A stretch of 64,000 nt of DNA from the human T2T-CHM13v2.0 reference genome, Homo sapiens. The notes under the pieces were generated by a model, which saw nothing but the letters and a program-made list of their open reading frames with translations, made no database searches and was not told where the DNA came from. Position 1 is the stretch's first letter; each line of letters opens with the position of its first letter. Position numbers and translations under genes: made by a program. Shown here piece by piece: positions 30,471 to 46,341 of this stretch. The stretch lies in the NCBI RefSeq assembly GCF_009914755.1, contig NC_060932.1; one strand, given 5' to 3'.

Positions 30471-30556
30471 ATAGGAGATCAGTTAATGCATACTGAAGGA
30501 AGGCTTGTTGGAGAAGAATCCTCTCCTGAACCCTGTGGAGACTCTAGAATCCTGCG
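30440..30556 (+). other. SLC30A8: Probable distal non-coding first exon of SLC30A8 (start approximate)
   Basis: Donor GCG|GTAAAT at 30556/30557 beside the CpG-rich LTR12 end; recalled annotation has long SLC30A8 isoforms starting just downstream of AARD; TSS not visible from sequence. Confidence 0.5.
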
Positions 30557-31119
30557 GTAAATGTTCTAATTATTGAAAACATTTCCCAATGCTCACCCTC
30601 ATTAAGGATGTTCTAATGCCTAGGAGACCTACTACCTATCTGATTCTGTCAGAGAAGCCATTTTGTTTTTTGGCAACTGGAAGCAGTGGGGATGAAATAT
30701 TTTCCTAAGGCGTCTCAGGACTGAACTGGCAGCAAAATAGTAAACTGTTTATCAGCTCTTAAATTTTTATACCAGGGAGGTTTAGCAAACTGTCAGAAAA
30801 CAGCCTGAATTGAATTTCTATAATTACTGCTTCCAAATTGGTACTGAGGGTACTAGTTGCTCTAAACTTCTGCAGGATTCAGTCTGGGACTTTTCATGCT
30901 AAGAAATATCTCAAGATTTTAAGGTGGGATTGTCAGGGTCAGAGGACAATGTCCTCTGAAATCCACCAGTATTTTACTGGACTTTACGGTTTACAGTTTA
31001 CCAGGTACCTTACAGTTTACCAACTGCTTTCCAGTTTATAATTTACCAGGTGCTGCCATAGCTGATAGCTCGTTAATCTTACAGTAACCAGCTGAAGTAG
31101 GTGTGCCGTGAGGCTATTG

Positions 31120-31290
31120 AATTTTAAGAAGCATCAAGAAAGCCTGCCTGTCTAACTTTGGAAATATCACCCTCATGCTGTCTTCCCAGGATGTCTCTCT
31201 CCCTAAGTAAGAGATGTTACTTCCTGGAGGGAATGCAGTGTTGGGAATCTGAAGACCCAGCTTTGAGCTGAATTTGCTTTGTGATACCTG
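31120..31290 (+). other. SLC30A8: Probable second distal non-coding 5' exon of SLC30A8 (start approximate)
   Basis: Strong donor CTG|GTGAGT at 31290/31291, inside a MIR-like relic; gene assignment from recalled annotation. Confidence 0.5.
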
Positions 31291-31590
31291 GTGAGTCATT
31301 GATGTCTCTGGGCTTCAATTTTCTCATTTGTAGAAACTTGTAGAGTAAGGCATCGAACTCATAATCATCTTTAAGATTCTTTGGGTTAAGCATGGGCATC
31401 TCCTGCTAATGGTTTTAATTTGAAACAATGTTGTTACCAACTCATTAGTGTGAATTAACCTAGGTGGTGATACCAAAAGGTTGAGCTTTATTTAAAGTGT
31501 GCTTAGTGAGCAATTAAACAAGGGAAGCTTGTTTAAAAAGAAGAGTAGAAAAATACTGAAATTAACACCATTTGTCCCTGGCCCCTGGCA

Positions 31591-32257
31591 AGGATTGCTA
31601 TCTGCTCCTCCTCCCAACCTTCTCTTGGCTATGCTCCAAAACGCCTTCTCTCTTGTAGCACATCCGATGTAAGTTTGCTTCCTATTTACTCCCTTAGCAC
31701 TCAAGTTTCCCCTATGACAGCATCTACCACATGTATCGTAATACCTTATTGAATTATCTGTTCCCCACCCCGCCGTCTAGACTACAAGCAACATGAGAGC
31801 CCAAATCCCATCTTCCAATTTTTTGGTGATTCCTTGTATTTTTATAATTTTGCCTTGGGTTAACTTTATTGAACAGCATGAATCTAACAGTGCAAATTTG
31901 CTCTCTCTTCCTGTCATTCATTCAACATTTTTGTTGTGTCTACGGGGTGCCAGCCACTGTTCTAGGTATGTGTTGAGCATCAGTTTTAAAATAAGCATCT
32001 TTCTGGATGCTGAGCGTAGGACAATAAACCTGAAAAGATGGGATTGGGCTCTCATGTTGCTTGTAGTCTAGATGGCAGGGTGGGGAACAGATAATTCAAT
32101 AAGATATTATGATACATGTGGTAGATGCTGTCTTAGGGGAAAGTTGAGTGCTAAGGGAGTGAATAGGAAGCAAACTTACCTTGGATGTGGTACAAGAGAG
32201 AAGGCGTTTTGGAGCATAGCCAAGAGAAGGTTGGGAGGAGGAGCAGGTAGCAATCCT
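31591..32257. repeat. Long inverted repeat: arms 31591-31814 and 32035-32257, 220-bp spacer
   Basis: Manual alignment gives 11 mismatches plus 1 indel over ~224 bp; also visible as near-identical peptides in ORFs 31492..31704(-) and 32072..32317(+). Confidence 0.97.
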
Positions 32258-32490
32258 AGAGAGAAACAACAGCTCATAGAAGGTGCTAGAGGTGAGCAAA
32301 GTCATCATCTGTATTAGGGAGTAAAGAAAGCTCAATATAGTTGGTGCTTAGAAGAAAGAATGAAGGTGTTAAGAAGTGTGGCTGAAGTGGTTGACAGAGG
32401 TGGACATATCATGACAGGCCTCACAAGCCATGCTTTGGGGTTCAGACTGTATCCTAAGAGCCTGGGTAAACCATTGAAAAATATTTTAAA
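31915..32490 (-). mobile_element. L2 3' relic containing the right arm of the inverted repeat
   Basis: cattcattcaacattt...gtgccagccactgttctagg is the antisense L2 3' end; purine-rich L2-like body continues past the arm. Confidence 0.7.
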
Positions 32491-32549
32491 ATTTAACTTT
32501 TATTATAGCAATACTTGCACATAATATACAAATAATTAAATAATTCTAA

Positions 32550-32952
<403 letters not shown>

Positions 32953-33024
32953 TAATGTGAGTAAGCATCTTTGTTTTATAGATTTTAGACATTATGTCTT
33001 CCTATTATGACAAAGAAGAATTTT

Positions 33025-33471
33025 ATTTATTTATTTATTTATAATGTCAATTTTTATTTTAGATTCAGGGGGTATATGTGCAGATTCTTTTTACCTGGGT
33101 ATATTGCGTGAGGCTGAGGTTAGGGGCATGGTTAATCTCAGCACCGAGATACTGAGCATAGTGCCCGGTAGTTTTTCAATGCTTGCCTCCCTCCCTTTCT
33201 CTCCCCTTTTAGTAGACCCCCATGTCTATTTTGCCATTTTTGTGTCCATGAGTACCTAAAGTTTAGCTCCCACTTATAAGTGAGAACATGTGGTATTTGG
33301 TTTTCTGTTCCTATGTCAATTTGCTTAGGATAACAGCCTCCAGCTGCATCCATGTTGCTGCAAGGACATGATTTTGTTCTTTTTTATGGCTACATAGTAT
33401 TCCATGGTGAATACGTACCACATTTTTTTTCAATCTAATCCATCGTTGATGGGCATCAAGGTTGATTCCAT
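33025..33471 (-). mobile_element. L1 3' end fragment (L1PB/L1MA-like)
   Basis: agctcccacttataagtgagaacatgtggtatttggttttctgttcct is antisense L1 3' sequence. Confidence 0.85.
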
Positions 33472-34039
33472 TTGACAAAGGAGAATTTTATATCTCTTAT
33501 GCTTTCTCTTCCTAATCCCTTTATTCTTTCTAATACGACTATTTTGTATTTTTCTTACATTTCTATTTATAATTTTAATTATTGTTCCATGCTGAGTCAA
33601 GTAGTGGACTGTGATTATATTTTCTTCTTGTATAAATTTTCATTTCCTTTGATGTTGATAATTACATTGCTTGTTCTGCTTAGCTTTCTTTGAATCTTTG
33701 GCCGAATCTTCTCATATCATTCCACAGCTCTGTAAAAACACTTCTACTATCATCTCATCTCTACTTCCTGTATTACCTGGAACTTGCAGCTTTCTAGGGT
33801 TCTATGTGGGCAATTTTGCTTGCTTCTTATGAAATTCTTAATTTGCAGGCACTCATGTCTGACTTTCCCTGCTCTGCTGGGTTTTGTAGCATTTTTCTAT
33901 CAACTTTTTTTCTTCATCTCGTTTTCTGTTTTCCCCCATTTCAAGTTCTATTTATTTCTGATTTAATCAAAGATGAAATCTGAATTCCTGTTTCTTTCTG
34001 GAATAGAGTTCCAGAAGATCTCTACTCCATCTTAAAACT

Positions 34040-35280
34040 GGAATTCATTCATGAGATTTAAGTAGAGGATTCTCATATTTGCTTTGAATAAGCATCTCTC
34101 TGGCAGCAGTGTGGAAAGAATGAATCTGAGGGGAGTTGGATTAGGTTTAGGGCCAGCAAATAGGTCAGACGATAAGAGACTGGAGTAGGGTGGTGTTAGT
34201 GAGGATGCAGAGAGTAGTCCTAACTTAGAAATAATTAGGAGAAGAATAATCAATAATTTTTGGTAAGTAATTGGATGTGGGAGTGAGGGAGAAGTTGGAG
34301 ATAAGATAATGAAGATAATGCCCTCATTTTTAGCATGGAAAGATGAGTAGATGGTAATATCATTTATGACAGTAGAGGGCACCAGAAGAGGATGGGACTT
34401 TGGAATGGGGAGACATGAGAGTTCAGTTTTGGACTATTGAGTTTGAGGTGTCTTTGATACATTTAAGTAGAGACATCAAATAGGCAATATTAAATGGCAT
34501 TTGAAACCCATGGCAGTGGAAGAAATTAACTAAAACCAAGAGGAGAGAAAAGAGGAATTGGATAGAATCATCATAAATGTCAACATCTGATGGCTGGGCA
34601 GAAAAAGAGGACCCTACAAAGACGTCTGAAAAGCTATTAAAGAGAGAGAGAGTATGGTGTCAAAGAAAACTAGTAATGAGGGCTTGTCTAGTGGTCAAGT
34701 ATGATAGACTAAAAATATCTTTTAAATTTAGTGACATAAAGGCCATTGAAGACCTTGGAAAGAACAATTTCTGTGGAATGGTAGGTGTAGAATCTGAGTA
34801 ATAATGGGTTAAGGAGTAAGCAGGAGATGCGAAAATGAAAACAGTGAATGTATAACATTCTTTCAAATAGTTTGGTTTTTAAGAGGAAAGGAGGAGATAG
34901 CTCAGTAGCTAGGCAAAAATGTGATGTCAAGTTTCTTTTTAGTTATTTTTTCTAAGTGAGATATTTGAGTGTGCTTAAATGTTAATGGATAGCCAAATAA
35001 GAGTAGAGATCAATGATGTAAATAAGAGTAGAAGTCAGTGATAGAGTGAGGGCCTTGAGAAAGTGAGAGGGAAGGGTCTACAAAGTACAGGTATAAAGCT
35101 TAAGATTGGAAGAGGAACGCCACATCCATTGTTATAAGTGGGCATGGTAGAGGGCCAGGTAAATGTATCAGTTGATGAAAAGTTGAGAGAATTCTTGATG
35201 GCTTCCGTTGTCTGTGAAGTAGTAAAATTCAAGGATTCAAGGTTGTGTGCCTACAGTGAAGAAGAAATAAATGATGGGAT
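34040..35280 (-). mobile_element. Degraded L2 body
   Basis: Purine-rich L2-like motifs such as gagttcagttttggac...tgagtttgaggtgtct; boundaries approximate. Confidence 0.6.
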
Positions 35281-35320
35281 CTGAGATCTGAGGAAAGTGG
35301 GAACAATTTGAAATAGCTGG

Positions 35321-36138
35321 TGTATTGGGTTGAATAGTATCCTTCCAAAATAGATGTCCACCTAGAACTTCAGAATGAGACCTTATTTGGAAATAGGGTC
35401 TTTGCAGATGCAATTAATTAAGATAAGGTCATTTTGGGCTAGTGTGGGCCCTAAATCTGATGACTAGTGTCCTTCTAAGAAGAGAGAAACAGTGACACGG
35501 ATGCAAACAGTGGGAAGATGGCCATGTGAAGACACAAAAAGATACACAGAGAGAACACCATGTGAAGACAAGAAGAGAGTGGAATGCTGCACCTACAAGC
35601 CAGGGAATGCTGAGGTTTGGCCGGGTGCGGTGGCTCACACCTGTAAACCCAGCACTTTGGGAGGCTGAGGTGGGTGGATCACTTGAGGCCAGGAGTTTGA
35701 GACCAGTCTGACCAATGGGGTGAAACCTTGTCTCTACTAAAAATATAAAAATTAGCCAGACGTGATGGTGCATGCCTATAGTTGCAGCTACTTGGGAGGC
35801 TGAAGCACGAGAATCGCTTGAACCTAGGAGGCAAAAGTTGCTGAGATCACGCCACTGCACTCCAGCCTGGGTGACAGAGCGAGACTCTGTCTCAAAAAAA
35901 AAAAAATAAAAAAAAAGAAAACAAAAAGACAGAGATGCTGAGGTTTGTTGGCAACCATCAGAAACTAGAGGAGAATTGTGGGACAGACAGATTCTCCCTC
36001 AGAGTGCTCAGAGGACTAACCCTGCTGACTCCTTGATTTTGGACTTCAGGCCTCCAGAACTGTGAGAGAAAAAATTTCTCTCGTTTTGAGCCATCCAGTT
36101 TGTGGCAATTTGTTATGGCATCCGTAGGAAACAAACAG
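35321..36138 (+). mobile_element. MLT1B/C LTR split by an Alu (~35619-35930)
   Basis: tgtattgggttgaatagt...gaccttatttggaaatagggtctttgcagatg; Alu TSD atgctgaggttt. Confidence 0.85.
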
Positions 36139-37381
36139 GAAAAAATGGAAAATGAGAGTGCATTACCAAAACTCAGAAAGATTATAAGCACTGTTGAGAA
36201 CTTAGTTGAGGTTGGTGATCATGAATTTATGTTGGCAATAAATGTACAGCAGCCCAGGATTAACTGTGAAAGGTGAATAGATACATTAAAGCAGGATTCA
36301 TATTCTGTCATGCATAAGCAGACTATGGACAAGGTGGCAATAAAACTGAAAATATTTCAACAGAATGGATGCAAAGATGATGAAATAAAGTGTGCTTTGA
36401 GTAAAGATTAAAGACTTAAGGTGACTGGAGGCAGGCAGCAGAGGGGTTCAAGGGACAGGCTGAAAATAGCTATAGTAAGAGAAATTGAGTAACAGTCAAA
36501 ATAAGGGGTTAAGGTGAGAGAGTAAGATGAAGCTGAAGCATTTCTAGGCCATGACAAATTCCAGGATGTAACTGAAGTGTGGTAGAGATGACATTTCGAT
36601 TTCATCGAAAATGAAAATTTCAGGGCCAGAAATTTAGATGGGTCGTCTATACTATAGTAAAAACTTCACTTTCTAGTGATTCTTATCTTTTAGTAAAAAT
36701 CATGCTTACAACGAAAATACAATTCATTGGATTTAAAAGCATGTTAAAAAAACAGTGTATATCTATATAATAGAAATTCATATCTACTAAGGGGATGCCA
36801 TAAAAAAATCAATTGGATAGTCTCTCTCTTATTTAATCCCATGGAGAATTACAGAAAGTGGACTTCATGTTTTAAATCAATGAAATGCCAACTTAAATGA
36901 AGTTGAGTTCTATTTTGAAACTTGAATTAAGTAATCCTGAAATGTTTCAAAATTAAATTCATCATCAAGGCACCGAAGTAAAAATGTTAAAATATAATAA
37001 ATCTGTATCTTTCTGTCAGAATTACAAATGACTGGTACCAATTACAAAGTAGTCAACATCTTATTCATAGGCCTTAAAGCATACCAAAAATGACTATCAT
37101 TGGCTATGTGATCACATTTTCATTTAATAAGTGACATGTAGAATAATTTTGACTCAAATAGTTTCAATACTCATGATATGAGTGCAAAACAAATATACAA
37201 ATACTACAGATTATCATCTGTACAGCATAATTAAGAAAGACCCTGTCAGGGTACAGATGGTCTTACACATAAAAAAGTGGCATTTTTTATATTTCTTTAC
37301 TTATAAAATCATCCTTCAACTCATGGGAGTAGTTAAAGAAACTGAGATAGCTATTTTGTAGGTGAGAAGACATAGGGCTAA

Positions 37382-37744
<363 letters not shown>

Positions 37745-38419
37745 ACAGCACCCATTGTTAAACTCAGGCAGTCAGCCCCTTCCCCCTGCAATGGGTCAAC
37801 ATGATGCCCCGAGAAACTCTGAGACTCAAAACTAGGGGACTGTCTTGAGACTCTGGCCCTAGGACAGTGACTTGGTGAGAGGATCATTCTTGCTGAATGG
37901 TGAGGTATTTCTATTGTGGGATTGTATGATATTGGCCAACTAGACTGGTGCTGACATGCTGATTTTGGGTGATATTTATTCCCATCAGAAAACAGGAAGT
38001 ATCTGGGGCACTGGGCAACCAAAAATCAATAGCCATGCACCAGCTTTTTCCCTTCATGGTCTTTTTCTTACCATGGTGAACATCCAGTCTACAGCACCTG
38101 AGGGCAGCCCTGTGTCCTCCCACCACTGTCACCCATCTTCCCCACAGGATCTATGCCTCGTGTCAGGGAATCATCCAGATTTGACTGTGCCTATCTCCTT
38201 TGAGTGCTTTCAAGGCTTCTATTCCATGATTCTAATGTGCCTTTGTTAGCAATATCACTTATTTTCTTCAACTGATGTTGAACACATTGTGCTCTCCCAA
38301 GCAGGTCTTAAGTCATGCCACGTCAGGGCTGGACCGCTCTTCTTATTCTGCACATGGGCCCTCACTTAGGCAGGGGTGCGGTCAACATTGAAAGAGGTTC
38401 CATTCTAGGAATGTAGTGG

Positions 38420-40340
<1,921 letters not shown>

Positions 40341-41160
40341 TTTCAGGTGGGAAAATGTATGTAGCCCTAGCTGAAGCTGCCTATCTCATCATATTTTAGG
40401 AGCTGTTAGTTTGTAAGGACCAATGAAGTAATGTATCATAGAATGCTACGTCATTTGATAGAATAGAGGATGACATTTGACCTTCACTTTTTTTGAAAGG
40501 ATGCTCTTTATTAATATTAACAGAAGAAGATAGAAAGTTCAAAAGGTCTTGTTTGCTTAAACTGATGTTAATCATGAAATTTTTAATCTAAGAAAAGATA
40601 ATTACTGGGACATTGTGGTAAGAAGTTGAAAAAGCATGTAACTTGTCTCACTTCTTTCATTACTCTCATTGCCTTTACAAAGGGAAATACCGTAAGTATT
40701 CGTAATCAGAGACATGATCTCATCACCCCAGTCCATAGACTTGTCTCCACATACAACGTCGCAGTAAGAGGTAGAAATAGTAGAATTTATTTATACATCC
40801 AGTTATTTTGAGAACAACTCTACAAATTCATTCAACTAATTGACTAAATATATTTGGAATATGTATGTGTATGTGTGTGTTCCTATTTCTTTCTACTTGT
40901 GTAGGGTAGAATGGGCAGAATCTAGAGTAACTAGAATAATTGAAGCAATCACATCTGAGAAACTGTGGGAAATGCAGGTCTTGACATCTTTAACAAGACT
41001 GTAATATGAGGAAAATCTCCTCTTTAATTTTCATCTTAAAGAATGTGAAAGACCCTAATGTTTGCATGCTATTGTGACTTGCTTTTATACCTCTGCTCTT
41101 TATGACTCTCCTATTTTAAGCAATGAGTATCCTTAAGATCTCTGTAATATTATTAGTACA

Positions 41161-41230
41161 GAAGGAAGGAAGGAAGGAAAGAAGGAAGGGAGGTGGGGAG
41201 GAAGGGAGAAAAGAAGGGAAGAAGGAAAAT
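41161..41230. repeat. GGAA/GA-rich simple repeat
   Basis: gaaggaagga... purine tract. Confidence 0.85.
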
Positions 41231-41258
41231 GAAATAAAACTGTTTATTCACTTGCTAA

Positions 41259-41636
<378 letters not shown>

Positions 41637-41741
41637 CTACAAGTATATATGCAATGTAAAAACAGAATAAAAGACATGAATGAGATGGTTGGACAAAGAG
41701 AAATAAAACTGCAGAATGGTTGACAGTGGAGCAAGTTTAGG

Positions 41742-42181
41742 GTCTCATTCTGTTTGTGCTGCTATAACAGAATACCACAGAATGGGTAATTTATAAAAAA
41801 CAGAAATTTATTTCCCATATTTCTGGAGACTGGGAAGTCCAAGATTAAGGCCCTGGCCTCTGGGGAGGGCCTTGCTGCATACTATGGAGGGGAAGAATGC
41901 TATGTCCTGACTTGCTAAAAGGGAGAAGGGTAAGAGAGAGAGAGCACCTACTTCCATGAGCCCTTTTTTTGTGTCGCTCAGACTAGAGTGTAGTGGTACA
42001 ATCATAGCTCACTGTAGCCTCAAACTCCTGTATGAGCCTTTTTCAGAATGGTATTAATCCATGCATGAGGTCAGAGCCCTCATGACCTAAACGCCTTCTA
42101 GGCCCCACATCCCAACACCGTTGCATTAGGGATTAAGTTTCTAACACTTGAATTTCTGGGGAACACATTCAAATCACAGCA
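41742..42181 (-). mobile_element. MLT1A/MST-like MaLR LTR containing a ~60-bp Alu fragment (41971-42030)
   Basis: gctgctataacagaataccacaga...gggaacacattcaaatcacagca. Confidence 0.75.
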
Positions 42182-43469
42182 GTCAGTACTTGAAATATCT
42201 AGTCTTGGATACTTGCAAACAATAAGTTGAATGTTGAGCTCTAAGCTTTCTAGCAGCTAATAGCAACAACAAAAAAGATAATTTAATCTATTTCTGGTGT
42301 TCCATTGAAGACAAATTGTTTGCCATATACGTGGCTAGAAACTAGATAAGTTAACTCATTTTATTGGCTCATTAACTGTAAGGCAATTAGGTTCAGTGAT
42401 GGCTGCCGGCAGTGATGACTTTTGGCTTTAGGACAGTTGAACAATAGACCTTATAGAGCAGTAACTAACAATAAGCACCAGTTTTCTGTGTAGGCCGATC
42501 CTAAGTTATGCCAAGAAAAGCCATGCCACCTGCATATAAAAAATGATTATGTTAATGCTCTTAAGTAATTCCTCCCTTTTTCCTGTCTTCATTTTAACCT
42601 TCTCCTTTTACGTTAGTGTCAACACATTATCCCATCATAGCTTTTATTCTCCTCAATCCGTCCCCAAACTGTTCTTACTGATGCTCACTCTAGTCATGGC
42701 ATTAAGGTCACAGGATTTTATGAGCATCAGTAGCCTGGGAATAGTTTGAGTTTGTTCAGTTTAGTCACTAGTTGATTCGTTTTCACAGAATTAGAAATTA
42801 AAGAGCAAACAGTAAAAGTCCCAAAAATTGCATGTTGCTCTCAATACATTTATTCACGAGGTAATATTGTATAACCAGAGTCATGTCTAAAGGTGCTGCT
42901 TTTCATGTCTGACACTGCCCTGCAAAGCCCTGGTTTCAGTTTATTGGAAGAAAAACTGATATACCCTTTATTAGAAGGATTACTTCGTGAATTAACAGGT
43001 TAATAATTTGGGAGCAGCGTATGGTTATCATTTTAACATATAAGATAGAGTAATTTTTGGAAACTTTCCCATGTGCCAAAGCAGGGTACAAGGCAGAGTA
43101 CAAGGAAAAGTTGCAGGCCTCAAGGAACCCGGAGTCTGGCGGGGAAGGGGACAAGTCAGCAAAGTTATGATGTGACCTGGTAGTTTGGTGAAATTAAAGA
43201 GAGAGAAACACGCAGCTCAGTTGGCCTGGGAGTGGAAGAGGTCAGGAAAGACTTTAAGAATGTAGGAAATCTTCAGGCTTGAAGGAAAAATCTCACATCA
43301 TGGAATTGTGGAAATTACTTAAATTGGGCTTTATTTATTTCTCTAGAACCCAAGGCCCGTGAGAACCCTGCAGCTGTCAATAGCCCTCTTAGATTTTGAG
43401 CAGGACTATGGTTAAGCCCTTCCAGAAACCTGATAATTGAACTAACTTGAAAGTTAAAAATAAAAGCTG

Positions 43470-44040
43470 TGGTAGAATACACATAACATATAATTGACCA
43501 TTAGTGACACTTAGCACTTTATAGTGTGATGCGACCACCATGACTACCTAGTTCCAGAACATTTTCATCACCCCCAAATGAAACGCTGTATCCATTAAAC
43601 CATACCTCATCTCTTCCTCCCCAGATCCTGACAACTGCTAATATACTTTATGGATTTGTCAATTCTGAATTTTTCATATAAATGGAACAATACAATTTTT
43701 GTATCTGGCTTTTCACTTAGCATAGTATTTTTTAGGTTTCGTCCATATTGCATTAGTGCATCCTTTCTTTTTATGGCTGAATAATACTTTATTGTATGGA
43801 TATCCCACATTTTATTTATTCATTTTTCAGTTGATGGGCATCTGGGTTGTTTCTACTTTTTGGCTATCGTGAATAGTGCTGCTATGAGCAACTGTGTGCA
43901 AGTTTTCATTTGAACACCTGTTTTCATTGCTTTGGAGTGTATATCCAGGAGTGGAATTACTAGGTCACACAGTAATTTTTTATTTAGCTTATTAAGGCAC
44001 TACCAAATTGCTTTGCACAGCAGCTGTACCATTTTACTGA
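43470..44040 (-). mobile_element. L1MB-like 3' fragment
   Basis: ttttatggctgaataatac...gttgatgggcatctgggttgtttc...gaatagtgctgctatga. Confidence 0.75.
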
Positions 44041-45106
44041 ACTTACCTTTAATGAGAAAGTATTTCCTTCAAGGTTACTGTGCACCTTGGTAAATTATTC
44101 TCCCTACCAACTTCAAAAGATTGTTCTGAGGATTAATAACCTTTGTGAAACGTTAAAGGCCTTCTGAAAGCAGCCTTTATATAAATTAAAGGTATTATGT
44201 ACTCAGGCATTCATTCCAGTGTAGTTCACAAGGAGTTTGATAGTTCAATAAATTTACATAAAATTCGATCTGGATAGGTGTGGGCTTTTACAATCTTATA
44301 AGACCTGAAGCTGAAAAGAGACAAATTGAGCTGAATTAGTTTGTCTTAATTTGACCTGTTTTTCCTAATAAGATATTGGAGGCATTAAAAAAGAGTACTA
44401 TCCTTTTGAAGTATGAGCACGCTGATGCTGGTTGTTGGATCCATTAATTAATTTATCTCTATTCAGAATATTCTAATGAACTAAAACCCAAGATTGCTGT
44501 TAATTTAAAGCAGAAGCAAAAGCGTGGCTGAACAGATGATGTTTGCCACGTTTTAACAGACTTCCACAATGGTTCCTGAGAGATAACCAAGTGAAAAACA
44601 AATTTGAACTATTTTGTGGCTCTAAACTGTGTTTTAAAACTCTAATTAAGGGGGGCAGCCAGCTCCTATTACATATCTGGTGCACGTGGAGCTTTTAGGG
44701 GAGCTCATCATCCTAGCAAAGTGTTTATGCAGCACCTGCATCCTGGATGGGAAGCTTTCTGAGAATAACCCATTTCCTAGGTTTGAATCAATCCATGACT
44801 TGCCTAATGGATCAAGGTGCCAAAATGAGCTCACACAGCAGGCACAGAAGCCACATAAGATACCCAGAGCTCTGTTTTTGTTTTTCTCTAATTTAACATT
44901 TCTAAATGGCCTGAGGTTACTCATCATCTCTTATTAACCTACTAAAGCCCCACATTGGCTAAGGTAGATCCTTCACATACCCTGACTCAGTAAACACTTG
45001 GGAAAGAGTTTTAAAAGTAGTAAATCTTTAAGTATCTACTATGTGTTAATGAATTTCAAATTTGTTATTTCAGATCCTTACAACAACCATGTAAAGTAGG
45101 TAGTGC

Positions 45107-45409
<303 letters not shown>

Positions 45410-46039
45410 GGTAGTACTTTTATATTCATTTTGGAAGCGAAGAAAGTGGGTCTCCAAAGGCTAAGTAATCAGCAAAGCTAAAATACAAACTGAAGGATAG
45501 TTGATTCTAAAGCCTGAGATCTTGCTAATATACCAGTTACCTTCTCAAACAAAATAAGAGGGAAATGTAAAAGTAACAAGAAACATTAAAAATTAAAAAA
45601 TATGTTCCTCCAAGTCAAGACATAAGATACATTGGACTATTTTAAAAATGTCTTACATTTACCTGCCCACTAGCTAGGTGTCTGCTGAGGTTGTTCTGTT
45701 CTTTGAGATCCAGATGAATTTGACTGGAACCCTCAATCTCCTGTGTGGTGTGAATTCCACATCTTTGCAGGATTTTGAGGGGCTTCCCATCGCCTATTCA
45801 GTCTGGCTCCAAGCTCCAGCATCTTCTGAATTAGTTTAGTTTATTGAGCATTCTCTTTCCCCTCCTGACCCCTAGAAGTGAAATAACAAAAAATTGACTG
45901 GTTTAAATCAATTTTGGCTTAAATAACTATTCTTTCTTTATGTGAACCCTGGGCATTAAAATCCCTGGATAATTCTTGACATTAACCTGTTTTTTTGCTA
46001 CTCTAAAATCTTCTTGCTAGAGGCTCTTCCCTAACAATA

Positions 46040-46341
<302 letters not shown>

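Noticed and set aside
29835-30560. Six overlapping 97-206 aa ORFs
   Set aside because: They lie in or start in the GC-rich LTR12 U3, which is poor in stop codons; LTRs are non-coding.
31514-31536. Small hairpin ttaaacaag-ggaag-cttgtttaa just upstream of the templated junction
   Set aside because: A 9-bp AT-rich stem can arise by chance in 64 kb; it may be part of the same repair event, but I cannot support that.
31492-32335. Near-identical ORFs on opposite strands as a duplicated gene pair
   Set aside because: The shared peptide is a by-product of the inverted repeat in L2-derived sequence; no coding evidence.
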